Part shown: piece after piece, positions 1-11,705 of the stretch
Layout: every line of letters begins with the position of its first letter
Position numbering within the stretch: the first letter of the stretch is position 1
Assembly (NCBI GenBank): GCA_020891255.1
Contig: BQFW01000008.1
Location: 2,666,001 to 2,730,000, forward strand
Origin: Entomortierella parvispora E1425
Lineage: Eukaryota; Fungi; Mortierellomycota
Direction: 5' to 3'
DNA length: 64,000 bases
Notes under the pieces: model-generated
Databases searched by the model: none
The model's input: only the letters and a program-made list of their open reading frames with translations
What the model was told of the DNA's origin: nothing
Made by a program: the position numbers and the translations under genes

Positions 1-183
1 GTTAAGGGGCCAACTTGTGTTCGTGCCACCAGACACCTTGCCAGTGGGCGACGATGGACAACATTTCTGTTCGCACTGGCTCTCTTGACTCGAGGCAATT
101 CACTCATGCTTAGTCAGGACCAGACAGACGTCGAAGGATCGTACATCCTCATCCCAGGAGACGACACACACAGCTCTCATACC

Positions 184-2023
184 ATGGCTTCCTCTACGGT
201 CACATTGGCGTCGTCGTCAGAAGCACATGTTGACGTTGCTAGTTTGAAATCAAATCTGCAACAGGAACTTGGAGCATTAGTTTCACCCAACAGGTCATTT
301 GAAAACTGGGCCCGCACCTTCCGCTGTGTGCCCGAACAGTATTACTCCCCATCGACAGAGGAGGAAATTATCAAGGTATGCGATGGATAACTGAAGCGTC
401 AAGATGTCGGGATTTCAGCGGATCTGCCATTTTCTGCAGGATAGAGGTGGATGAAAATTTTGTTACTGATGCGCCAACTGTTTGTTCTGTCTCTCCGTAG
501 ATCCTCCACTTGGCCAGACTCTCTGGAAAACGAGTGAAGGCTATCGGAACTGGACATTCACCTTCAGATCTTGCTTGTACGGATGGATTCATGATCAACA
601 CGGACAAACTCAACCGGTTCATCCGTGCGGACGAGAAAGAACTGACCATCACCGTGGAGGCAGGCATGAAGCTGCATCAGTTGCACGAGTACCTCGAGTT
701 TCATGAGATGGCTATGAGCAACTTGGGATCGATCTCAGATCAGAGTGTTGCAGGATTGATGTCGACGGCAACGCATGGTACAGGAGCAGAATACCCGTCG
801 TGTTGCGCAGCTGTAAGGATCGCCAGTTTTTATTTCGTTCCTTCAAATGGCGTGATTGAGGATTGCACAAGGACACTGAGGGAAAAGTGCTTACTGAACG
901 AACAAAAAAATCCTCATAATTAGGTCTTGGATTTGACCCTGATCACTGCCCAAGGAGAAAAGATCTACTGCTCAAAGACTGAGAAACCCGACATCTTTAA
1001 TGCTGCAGTCTGCTCTCTTGGATCATTGGGCATCATCACCTCCATGACCCTTCAATGCGAGCCCGCCTTCAGACTGGAGAACAAGCAGGAACCTGCTAAA
1101 CTGGACCAAGTTCTGGACAATCTGGACGCTATCATTCATTCTGCAGAACACGTTCGACTCTGGTGGTACCCTCATACCGACAATGTCGTAGTTTGGCGCG
1201 CCAACCGTACAACCAAACCTGTGTCTAAACCTCCCGCTTCTAGCTGGAGGACCTCATCCTGGTTTACATTCAATGTTTACCAGGGCCTGCTTTATATTTG
1301 CCGATTTGTTCCAAGTTTGATCCCAAGCCTATCCAGGTTCATGTTCTGGGCCACGCAATCCAGACCCTTGGAGAGAGTGGACAAGAGTGTAAAGGTTTTC
1401 AACTTTGATTGCTTGTTCCCTCAATACGTTAACGAATGGTCAATTCCTTGGTCGAGAACTGCGGAGGCTTTGAGGGCTTTGAACCAATTTATTGAGAACG
1501 GAGTCGTACAGGTCGAAAACGTGAACCCGGAAGAAAAGGCTGTGGTCTCGACTGTGAAGAAGGAGAAGGGCCTCAAGGTCCATTTCCCGATCGAGATTCG
1601 ATTTGTCAAGAAAGACGATGTCTGGCTGAGCCCAGCCTATGGAGTTGATTCTTGCTACATTGGTATCATCATGTACAGGTACGAGAAGAGAAGACATCAA
1701 CTGATCTTTGAAGAGTAAATGGACCGGAATGAATATGCCGTTGAAAACTGACTGGATTTCTTGTTTCTCATACATGTAGACCCTACGGCAAGCCCGTCCC
1801 CTACAAGCGTTTCTGGGCAGGGTATGAAAAGATTATGACTTCTTTTGGTGGTAGACCCCATTGGGCAAAGGCTCACTCAGTCACCTACGAGGATCTGGAG
1901 AAATCATACCCCAAAATGAAGCAGTTCTCCGAGATTCGCCAGCAGTTGGATCCTAAGGGCATGTTCTTGAACGACTACCTTCGTCGCCACCTTGTTCCTT
2001 CTTCCGAGACCCCATCCAACTAG
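184..2023 (+). CDS. ALO1: D-arabinono-1,4-lactone / L-gulonolactone oxidase (FAD-linked), 4 exons (~184-375, 501-812, 924-1678, 1780-2023)
   Basis: Motifs FENWARTF, AIGTGHSPSDL (covalent FAD His), SNLGSISDQSVAGLMSTATHGTG, HFPIEIRF and C-terminal GGRPHWAK. GT-AG introns at 376-500, 813-923 and 1679-1779 join the ORF pieces in frame. Confidence 0.92.
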
Positions 2024-2114
2024 ATCAAACAGAGTCCATCTCATTGCACATTTTTATGGAGATATTACCCCTCTTCCCTTAGAATGACTATTAGAAAAAC
2101 AATACAATTTTAAT

Positions 2115-4415
2115 TTATTCCGGGAGTTTCTCACATCCTCCAAAGGATCGGCGTGATCGGCCAGAATGAACATTAGGTGGCACTGCACCATAGTCAGGAA
2201 CTGGGTGCAAGAATGTAGCTTGGGGTCTGTATGCATACTTTTCATCGCTCATACGATCTTGCATACACTTAGGCGTATAGTTCAACGCCACTGATCGACA
2301 TAGTCTCCGCAATGGACCCTAGAGGGAAAAGAGGGAAAGATATCAAGGTCGTAAGCTGTTGGTGCTCGAGGTAGAAAACGAAACATCTGGTCTGGAATGG
2401 CCAGGGGCCCATGATACTTACCCCTGCACGTAGAAGCTGGTCCATAGATCGAGACTCGTCAATGGCAAGGTCTCTCCGCTGACTCCTTGCGGAGTGATGA
2501 GAATCGATGGCTGCTTGAACAGTCTTGGTTTCTTTGGAACGTAATGAAACGAGCGACTCTGCGATGGACAACGCGTCCAAAATTGTTTCATCCCCCGGCT
2601 CTCCAAACAATGGGATCGTCTATGACCAAAGAAAACGGAGGGAGTTGGACAATTACAAAGAGAGGTTAGATGCTGGGTTCATCAGGGAGAACCTCATACA
2701 TGATTGTCATTAGCCTGCGTTACCTTTCGACCAGCTGTTAGATGGATGAAACAAACAAAAAAGACCAAATCTTATTAGTTTTCCCTCACTTTTAAACACT
2801 GAGGGCCGCGACAGAGGCAAAAATTACCTTCACCAAGGAATAAAACTCGCGGTGGTGCCTGCGCTGGGACAATTGGTTCGAATCCTCGCTCCCATCGCTT
2901 GCACGCCATATTACTTGTTCTCGTCCACTCCACTAACTGGGACATAGTACCGCCGAGTGGACAAATCATCCTCGGTGATATGTGGTTGCACATGGATCGG
3001 ATGGCTGATGGATCCTGAGGAGATCCGAACCTCGGGGGTACGGCTGACTTTTCAGAGAGTCGAACGCGTTTAGTTACTTGCCAGGCAATCCTGTGATCCA
3101 CCAAAGTTGCTGCCCACCACTAAGATTACGTAAAAAGAAGGAAAGAAAAAAAAAAAAAAAAAAAAAAGAAAGTTGTGAGCACAAAGTACCGGGGGACGGT
3201 GAAGAGAAACACAATGCAGGGAAATAAAGCTGGAAACGCGGAAGTCGTGGAAATGTTTGGAGACTTACGGTCAGCCCACTCCTGTCATCGAGAACCAGGT
3301 TCAGCTGTGTTGTATCCTCCTTCATGAGAGGATACCGTTGCGAGTCCATCGTATCCGTCACTCCGCTCAGGAAGTACTGTATCTCCTTGGACTGTGACCC
3401 CTCAGTGAAGGATGCTCCTGGCGAGGAGTTGTGTGAGTCTGAACCCAAGTCCAGATCCAATGCGGCCAATTTATCCTGCAGACTGTCACCGACATTGCAA
3501 ATCAGAATGTGGCCTGAGTACATCGATCCATCCGAACACTCCACTGTCACCCCTCGTGCAGGGGGCGGTGGTGCTGCAGCTGTCGCTGGCGGTGTTGTTG
3601 AGGCAGGCATTTGTTTCTCTTCCACGATCTCATCCAGGATGCTGTCCCTTCGCCCTTCGAATGTGAGGGGTATGTGGTCGACTCCAGGTTCATTCGAGGT
3701 GTGGTTTGGGTCGTTGTCCTGTTCGTCGTCGCTGCCATACTCTTGTCCATTATGGAGGACAGACACTTGAGTGATGGCTTTCTGAAAGAGGACCTTGGCC
3801 TCGGGTAGCTTTTCGAGCACCATGTTACAGTACTCGATCCGGGTCATGAAGCGACTCCATGCGCCGTATCTAGGTTGGTGGCAACAAAAGAAGAGACAGA
3901 TGTGAGCAAACTGTGTTTTGTTGCTGGAGGTGGAAAACTCAAAATTGATAATGACACGAAGAGAGACAGGAACAACAAACATCACCGGGCATTTGTTGCT
4001 TCCATTCCCTATTCAAGAGTTCCCTGCCCTCTCTCTTCTCTTGGCCGAACTTTCCGCTGCTCTTTCCGCCGCCCCTTTGTTTGCCTTCCTCTTGTTGTTG
4101 TTGGGGGTCACTATCATCACTGTTGTCACTGTACCTGAGTCGCCATTCGCTCCAGTCCAGCCCACCAATCGAGCCCATCTTTGAGTCCAAGAGCGCAACC
4201 TGTTCCAGGGGTTGCGAGGTGAACAAGAGATCATCTCGAAGGGAGAGTTGTTCTAGTAGGGGTAGGATAGTGGGGTGTAAAACAAGACCCCCTGCACAGG
4301 CAGGCACGGACTCTTGAGATTCCAGCAAGGTGAAGTCTATCCCTGCCTGCTCCAAAATTAGGGCTAGCGTGAGCGTGCCAACGTCCGCGCCTACGATCAA
4401 GACCTTGAGAGGCAT
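2115..4415 (-). CDS. FAD-dependent monooxygenase-like protein (FAD_binding_3 type) with degenerate FAD motifs, multi-exon including an 11-nt micro-exon (2724-2734)
   Basis: MPLKVLIVGADVGTLTLALILEQAGIDF N-terminus, CSDGSMYSGHILI, RVLFLGE|AGRK|TIPLFGEPGDETILDALSIAESL and C-terminal YRPQATFLHP follow the order of fungal flavin monooxygenases. Internal exon boundaries are approximate. Confidence 0.72.
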
Positions 4416-5418
4416 TAAGGTATTAGGAGAGAGTGGGGTAAGGTATAAAGGAAGAAGGGACGCGCGTGGCGTGTAGACAGAACGTAAAAGAATGAATGAG
4501 ATGAATGCAAATGTGAATGAATGAGGAACAGCGGAACAAAGAAATGGCAAAAGGACGGAAAGAGCGTGGCAAAAAAAAAAAAAAAAAAAAAAAAGACCTG
4601 ACAACGTGGTTTCCCGTTGCCTCTTTGTGCTTCGCTTTCTTTTTTTTTTTTTTTTTTTTTTTTTTTGGCGGGGTTCTTTTTGGGGTAGCGGGTCAGGTTT
4701 CTCTTCTTCTCTTGCTCTCGCTCGTGTCTGTGCTCAGTGCTTCCATCTTCCAGAATCACAGAGGAGGGCAAACCCAAACCACGAGAACCACCACTGTCAC
4801 AGACATCGTCATTTGCATTTGTGGTGTCAGGAAGAACAGAGAGGCGCAATTGAAAGCTAGGGACGCCTCTAATTGAATTCCCATCCTCAACGAACCAGCT
4901 CCTCGCGAACGAGCAAAAAAAAGGACTAAAGAGGGGGTTCCTTTTTCCTCCTCCGTGATTTTCTCCTTTGTCAGGCCCTTGCAGACACAAGTGAATCATT
5001 TCCCGATTGAACGGGAGCGGCTTTCCTGTGCATCTGCGACCTGGGTCCTCTGCCTGTATGCCCATAATGCTGTCGATGAAGTCTGCTGTATTTGGTTGCT
5101 GTCGACCCTGAGGACCCCGCCCGTCGATTGTTTGTTCTCCCTTCCACAGGGCGATGTGACCCTGCTCCAAAACCACTCCCTCTTTGCCCCCAAAACCAGC
5201 TCTATTCATGCTTCTTTTGTTTTCTTTTCCCTTCATGATCTCTCTTTTTGTCCAATAAATCACTCACGACTGTTGCACAAAAAGGCAGAGCTTTGATATT
5301 CGGGGAATATCTGACCTAAAAGGAGGGGGGTGAGGACGACTCTGGGCTCTTGTGGCCAGCTTGTCTCATTGGAAAGCCCTCTGGAAATCATGCAACAGCC
5401 TTCTCCCTCTCTCTGCTC

Positions 5419-5450
5419 ACGCGCCATGTGCTGGTGAGTCATTGGCGCGT
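5419..5450. promoter_or_regulatory. Dyad ACGCGCCA-N16-TGGCGCGT, copy 1 (3' flank of F-box/LRR A1)
   Basis: Perfect 8-bp inverted arms with a 16-nt spacer. The same geometry recurs at 7802-7833 and 9943-9974. Confidence 0.55.
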
Positions 5451-5685
5451 GTGCGACGCGCCTGTGTGTAATGCCATTGTTGGGGGCATCCTCGGCAAGC
5501 TCAGATCGACGGGAAGAAAATTGAGAGCTAAGGAATGCCCATCCAAGGTATCGTACATGCGTAAAGTTGCAGGAATGTTGATTGCGGCAGAAAAAAAAAA
5601 AGACATCTTGCAGATGTTGGTAGATTCAGTAAATGACGCGTCAAATCGAACACTATGCTGTAGAGAAAAAGTTGGTATACATTAA

Positions 5686-7210
5686 CTACGGGATGATGGA
5701 GAACACCATCATCTTGGGCCAAACATCAAGGACCCAATCCAATGACTTTTTCTGCTGGAGATCGTTTCTCATGAAGTGGCCTTGTTCCAAAGTCACTTTG
5801 AGGTCCTTTCTAGCACTGCGGACAGACCCAGGCAGGACCACCCTCAGTTCCTCCTCCTCACGATCCACATCTTGTATCTGGAAGACTTCCAAGTCCTTCA
5901 AAGACCCAATCTGCTTCATGAACCACTTCGAGTGACTTGGTTTCGAAGACCAGGTGACCCTTTCAAGAACCAAAGTCCTCAATCCTGTACACGGCCACGG
6001 AGCAGCACTGCGCGGCATCCCAACAGATCTTGTCTCAGAATAGACCGTGGGGTCAGACATGTACTCTACGTCAAACTCTGGAAAGTGCAGATGAAGCAAA
6101 CGAGGACAGGAGTCCAATATCATCCTGACCATCCAAACTCGAATGCGATCACATCCTGTAAGGTTCAGGTCAGTGAGATAGGGGAAAAGCTCGGCCATGG
6201 CTTCAACTCCATCATCATATAGAGTCTCGCCATAAAGAGCGAGGTTGGTGACCTTGGGGCAGTTCTTCAACATCTTTCCCAGCTGTTTTCCCCGGAGCAA
6301 TGGACCATAAACTTGCAGCGTTTTAAGTCCTGCCACCTTGCGGAGGGCTGACATGTTGATCTTGGGAGCTTTTTCGGGGTAAAGGATCGAGGTGAAGTCA
6401 TCGCTGTCGGGATCAGAAGGATGGTCTAATTCAAGAGTGTCGAGATGATGGAACTGGCCGATCCAATTGATCAGATCCTGGAATCCAATGCCATCGTTCA
6501 TTCGCAGCACCAATGTCTTGATGCGGAGATCTAGTTTGGCCTTCTTGAATGCCTTGATTCCCGTGAAATCGCACTTGACAAACCCAACGGTTTCCACATG
6601 CTGGACCCGTTGAAGAATGTACATGGCCCCTGAATGCACCGTACATGTACATTCATGGTTAGCAAAAGTTTTTGTCCCCCACCTCTCACCTTTCTACAGA
6701 AAAATAAAAGACATTACCTGCCAGCTTGAACCCTTTCATTTCAATATTCTTGAGCCTAGGGCTGGTCAAGAGTTGATCTAAAACCGCCAGTGCTTCTGGA
6801 GTTTCTTCGGCGGTTTGCGAGGCGTCCACGCGCAGCCTCTTGAGTCCTGGCGTCGCCAAGGCGCAGGTGCTGTCCAGGAACGGACTTGGGAAATCCAGCT
6901 TCAAATCCTGAATGAAGATCCCATGTTCATAAACAGCTTCCTTGGGAGGCATCAGCACCTTTAAGGCACGTCGGCGATTTTTCTCGTCCTCATCCTCGTC
7001 GTCATCTTCACGGTCGCCTTCGTCATCGCCTCTGTCTAACCTGCTGTCCTCGTCCCGATTATTATCCACGCGTCTCAGACTGAGAGAGCGATACATTTGA
7101 GGGCGAAAATTCTCGTTCCAGGCCTTGTTGACGCGGGATGCAGCAGCTTTGTCGGTCAAAGGAAGATACCGACTAATCTCCATCCAGATTTCTTTTGAGA
7201 CAGCCATCAT
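5686..7210 (-). CDS. F-box/LRR (RNI-like) protein A1, one intron 6630-6717
   Basis: F-box-like MMAVSKEIWMEISRYLPLTDKAAASRVNKAWN, acidic insert, LRRs (LKNCPKVTNLAL, ILDSCPRLLHL), WPCTGLRTL and C-terminal WVLDVWPKM. GT-AG intron restores the frame. Confidence 0.85.
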
Positions 7211-7248
7211 ATTGTTGTTTGTTTTGGAGAGGGAGGGGGAGAGAGAGA

Positions 7249-7274
7249 GTGTGTGTGTGTGTGTGTGTGTGTGT
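7249..7274. repeat. (GT)13 microsatellite in the A1 5' flank
   Basis: Directly visible GT run following a GA run. Confidence 0.9.
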
Positions 7275-7300
7275 GCGTATGTGTATGTGTGGGAAAACAA

Positions 7301-7344
7301 ACGCGCGAGTCAAGAAAATGAAGTCGATAAAAAAATGTCACGTG
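7301..7344. promoter_or_regulatory. ACGCG + (GT)CACGTG motif pair upstream of A1; equivalents at 9663-9710 (A2) and 11745-11794 (A3)
   Basis: Both motifs occur in the same order, 38-44 bp apart, upstream of all three paralog start codons. The sequence between them is diverged and A/T-rich. Confidence 0.5.
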
Positions 7345-7801
7345 GAGCGTGCGTGGCTTTTGACAACGTTGTGGGCGCACGGATCTCCAGAAATCGTATC
7401 CATGCAGCTCCATGATAAAAATGGATGAACGTGAGTTGTTAGTAGGGTTGTCAACAATAAGCTGATGCCTCGCTGCAGCTTCTGCTTCAGCACCAGCGTT
7501 CCCCTACATCGGCATTTTTTTTTTTTAAAAAAAAAGTATGAAGTCCGCTCCTGTTGGATCAACAGGCAGACCATGGACGACTCGCTACACAAAATAAGAA
7601 CCAGATACGAAAGACTGACTTGTTCAATAAATCAGTCGAGACAATAACCTCACAAAGGTAGAACATTGATACTCGAGGTCTGGAAATATCTGACCGAAAA
7701 AGAAACGGGCAGAGGAGAATCAGGACGACTTTGGACTTCTTGTCAGGCTATCTTACTGGATGGCCGTCGATCATATAGCAGCTCTCTCCATCTCTCTACT
7801 C

Positions 7802-7833
7802 ACGCGCAATGTACCCGTGGATCATTGGCGCGA
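7802..7833. promoter_or_regulatory. Dyad ACGCGCAA-N16-TGGCGCGA, copy 2 (3' flank of A2)
   Basis: Same arms (one substitution each) and the same 16-nt spacing as copy 1. Confidence 0.5.
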
Positions 7834-8069
7834 GTGCGACGCGCTTTCTTTGTAATATCATTGCTGGGTGGTATCTCGGCTAGTTCAATCTACAGGAAGA
7901 AAATGAAATCGAAGGATAAGAAAGGCATGTCTTGGATATTGTACATGTGCAAAGTCAAGGAATGTCGCTTGCGGCCTAAACACATCCTGCACAAGTTGGT
8001 AGTTTCAGCAAAGGACGTGTCGAATCAAGTGGTACGTATATTAAAGAAAGAAGTTGTTATGGACACTAA

Positions 8070-9608
8070 CTACGGCATGATGGTGAACATCTTCATGTTG
8101 GGCCAAACATCCAGTACCCACTTCAATGCCTTTGTCTTCTCGAGGTCGTTTCTCAAGAAGTGGCCCTCCTTCAAAGTCACCTTGAGGTCCTTTCCAGTAC
8201 TGCGAACAGATCCAGGCAGGACTGCCTTCAGTTCCTCCTCCTCGCGATCCACATATTGCATCTGGAAGACTTCCAAGTTCTTCAACGACCCAATTTGCTT
8301 CATGAACCACTTCAAGTGACTTGGTTTCGAAGACCAGGTGACATCTTGCAAAACCAGTGTCTTCAATCCTGTGCACGGCCACGCGCTAGCAGAATTGCGC
8401 GACATCCCGGCAGGTCCTACGTAAGAGTACGCTTTGGGGTTGGGCAAGTACTCCAAGTCAAACTGTGGACAGACCAAATGAAGCATGCGGGGACAGGAGT
8501 CGAGTATCATCTTGATCATCCAAACTCGAACACGATCACATCCAACCATATTCAGGGTGGTGAGATGCGGGAAGAGCTCAGCCATGGCCAAAAATCCATC
8601 GTCGTACAAGGTCTGGTTAAAAAGAGAGAGGTTCGTGACCTTGGGACAGTTTTTTAACATCTTCGCCAGCTGGTCTCCCCAAAGCATAGGACCGCTGACC
8701 GCCAGAATGTTAAGTCCCGTCAACTTGCTGAGGGCCGACATATTGATCTTGGGAGCCTTTTCGGGGAAAATTATGGCGTCGTCACTGATGTTGTCTGGGG
8801 GATGATCTAACCCAAGAGTATCGAGATGGCGGAAATGACCGATCCAATTGATCAGGTCCTGGAATCCCATGCCTTGGTTCAATCTCAAGTCCAGCTTCTT
8901 GATGCGGAGATCTAGTTTGGCCTTCTTGAATGCAGCCTCGATGCCTGTGAAATCGCACATGTTGAAACTCACGCTTTCGACATGCTGGACCCGCTCAAGA
9001 ATGTACATGACCCCTATACAGAGAACATGCATGGTTGTTATTTTTTTTTGATTTCCATGTTTCCATGTTCCTCCATGGATTAAAAAAAAAAAAAAAAAAA
9101 AAAGGTAGGTACCTTTCAGCTTGAAACCATGCACTTCAATATTCTTGAGGCCTGGGCTGGTCAACAATGGGTCCAAAATCGCCAATGCTTCAGGAGTTTC
9201 TGCAGCATTTTTTGAAGAGTTCACGAGCAGTCTCTTGAGACCCGGCGTTGCGAAGATGGTGGCGTTGTTCAGGAAAGGACTAGGGAAATCCAGCTTCAAA
9301 TCCTGGATGGAGGCTCTGTACTTGTACACTGTTTCCTTGGGAGGCATCAATACCTTCAGTGAGCGCCTGCGCTCGGCCTCTTCGTCTTCTTCATCATCAT
9401 AATCGTCGTCGTCTTCGCCCCTTCCTAAGCTCCAGTCGTCGTCCCTATTGTTATCTCTGCGCCTCAGACTGAGGGAGCGATACATCTGTGTGCGAAAGAC
9501 TTCACTCCAGGCCTTGCTTACGCGAGATGCGGCAGCTTTGTCGGTCAGAGGGAGATACTGGCCAATCCGCATCCAGATTTCTTTCGAGATATCAACCGTA
9601 CTGACCAT
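8070..9608 (-). CDS. F-box/LRR protein A2, one intron 9014-9112
   Basis: Paralog of A1 (ISKEIWMRIGQYLPLTDKAAASRVSKAW ... WPCTGLKTL ... WVLDVWPNM). Intron at the same codon (FKLKG|). The ORF track reads through the 99-nt intron. Confidence 0.85.
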   Translation of the reverse strand: MVSTVDISKEIWMRIGQYLPLTDKAAASRVSKAWSEVFRTQMYRSLSLRRRDNNRDDDWSLGRGEDDDDYDDEEDEEAERRRSLKVLMPPKETVYKYRASIQDLKLDFPSPFLNNATIFATPGLKRLLVNSSKNAAETPEALAILDPLLTSPGLKNIEVHGFKLKGTYLFFFFFFLIHGGTWKHGNQKKITTMHVLCIGVMYILERVQHVESVSFNMCDFTGIEAAFKKAKLDLRIKKLDLRLNQGMGFQDLINWIGHFRHLDTLGLDHPPDNISDDAIIFPEKAPKINMSALSKLTGLNILAVSGPMLWGDQLAKMLKNCPKVTNLSLFNQTLYDDGFLAMAELFPHLTTLNMVGCDRVRVWMIKMILDSCPRMLHLVCPQFDLEYLPNPKAYSYVGPAGMSRNSASAWPCTGLKTLVLQDVTWSSKPSHLKWFMKQIGSLKNLEVFQMQYVDREEEELKAVLPGSVRSTGKDLKVTLKEGHFLRNDLEKTKALKWVLDVWPNMKMFTIMP

Positions 9609-9942
9609 GCTGAAGGGTGTTTTGTTTGGGTTGGGAGGTGTTCGTGTGGGAAAACAAAAAAAACGCGTCCAGGCAAAACCGGTCAAAAAAGTTTTGTTTT
9701 ATGTCACGTGGAGGTAAATGGCGCAACACACGGCCGCTTCTGTTGCAGCCTTGCAGGTACTCGTCCCTCTCTCTCTTTCTCATATAGGACGCTTTTTGAT
9801 ATCGGATCTACCTCAGTGCGACCGAGCAATAGGCAGTCAAACCCAAAGTTGTAGGTTGGAAGACACGACCTTTGCTTGTGGCTGACTTTTTTCAATGGGA
9901 AGATGCTTGGAAATTATGCAACAGCTCCTTCTCCATCTGTTC

Positions 9943-9974
9943 ACGCGCCAGATTCTAGCGAGTGACTGGCGCGT
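9943..9974. promoter_or_regulatory. Dyad ACGCGCCA-N16-TGGCGCGT, copy 3 (3' flank of A3)
   Basis: Perfect arms and a 16-nt spacer whose sequence differs from copies 1 and 2. Confidence 0.55.
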
Positions 9975-10194
9975 CTGCCATGCGCTTGTTGTGTAATGTA
10001 GCGGTCGGATATCCTGGGCAATTTTAGATCGTCGAGAAGAAAAAAAAATCAAGGGACAAGGAATGCCCGTTTAGGGTATCGTACATACGCAACGTCGCAG
10101 GAATCTCAATTGCTTGATAACTTCTTACAAAAGTAGGTCGGGGTCAAATCAAGAAATATATTAAGGGAAAGAAAAAAATTGGTATGTAGACTGA

Positions 10195-11705
10195 CTATGG
10201 CATGATGGAAAACACATCCATCTTGGGCCAAACATCTATTACCCACTCTAATGACTTTGTCGTCCGGAGATCATTTCTCATGAAATGTCCTTCCTCCAAA
10301 TTCACCTTAAGGTCCCTTCCGGCACTGCGGACAGACCCAGGCAGGACCACCTCCATTTTTTCCTCATCACGATCCACGAATTGCATCTGGAAGACTTCCA
10401 GGTCCTTCAGGGAACCTATTTGTTCCATGAACGACTTCAGTCGCTTGGGGTCCAAAGTCCAGGTGACTTCCACCAAAATTAGTGATTTTAGGCCCGTGCA
10501 TGGCCAAAGCTGACCAGCATATCCGAGCGACATCCCAGCAGGTCCGGCGCGAGAGTAGGCCTTGGGGTCGAACATGTAATCCACGTCAAATTGTGGACAG
10601 ACAAAACGGGCTAGGCGTGGACAGGAATCAAGCAACATCTTCACCATCCAAGCTCGAAGACGGTCGCATCCAAGAAGATTCACGTGGGTGAGATCCGGAA
10701 AGAGAGTGGCCATGGACCAAAATCCATCCTCACAGAAGGTCTGATTAAAAAGAGAGAGGCTGGTGACCATAGGGCAATTGTTCAACATCTGTTCCAACTG
10801 GTTCCCAAAAAGCATAGGACCATTAACGACCAGCTTTTGAAGTCCTGCCACCTTACGGAAGGCTGACATGTTGATCTTGGGAGCCTTCCCGGGGAAAATG
10901 ATGGCTTCGTCATCGATGTCATCTGTGGCATGATTTAGTCCCAGAGAATCGAGATGACGGAAATGGCCTAGCAAATTGACCAGGTCCTGGAATCCAATGC
11001 CTTGGTTCAATCGCAAGTCCAGCTTCTTGATGCGGAGATCTAGCTTGGCCTTCTTGAATGCAGCCTCTATTCCAGTGAAATCGCACATGATAAAACCCAC
11101 GCTTTCGACATGCTGGACCCGTTGAAGAATGTACATGATCCCTGTAGAGAAGATGCATGGTGTTAAATTTTGGTTCTCCGCCATTCATTGCATTGAGGAA
11201 AAAGACATTCACCTTTCAGCTTGAAACCCTCTAGTTCAATATTCTTGAGACCAGGACTGGCCAACAATTGATCCAAAACTGCCAATGCTTTAGGAGTTTC
11301 GGCAGTATCTCTCAAAGAGTCCACACGCAACTTCTTGAGTCCTGGTGTCGCCAAGGTGTTGGTGCTGTCCAGGAACGGACTAGGGAAATCCACTTTCAAA
11401 TCCTGGATAGAGGCGCTGTATTCGTAAACTGCTTCCTTGGGAGGCATTAATGCCTTTAGTGAGCGCCTGCGTTCGAACTCGTCAGTGTCTTCGTCATCCT
11501 CGTCATCCTCGTCGTCATCGTCGCCTCTATCCAAAATCCAGTCATCATCCCGATTGTCGTCAATGCCCCTCAGACTAAGGGAACGATACATCTGTGGGCG
11601 AAAAATTTCGCTCCAACTCTTGCTGACACGGGATGCGGCAGCTTTGTCGGTTAGTGGGAGATACCGGCCAATCTCTATCCAGATTTCTTTCGAGATATCA
11701 ATCAT
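10195..11705 (-). CDS. F-box/LRR protein A3, one intron 11142-11212
   Basis: Paralog of A1/A2 with conserved intron position and C-terminal WVIDVWPKMDVFSIMP. Confidence 0.85.

Noticed and set aside
85-183. N-terminal extension of the ALO1 ORF from TTG at 85
   Set aside because: Non-ATG start. The ATG at 184 has a good ACCATGG context and explains the protein.
4415-5442. 282-aa minus ORF and overlapping ORFs upstream of the monooxygenase
   Set aside because: Built from poly-T/poly-A and CT-rich promoter sequence with non-ATG starts and no recognisable motifs.
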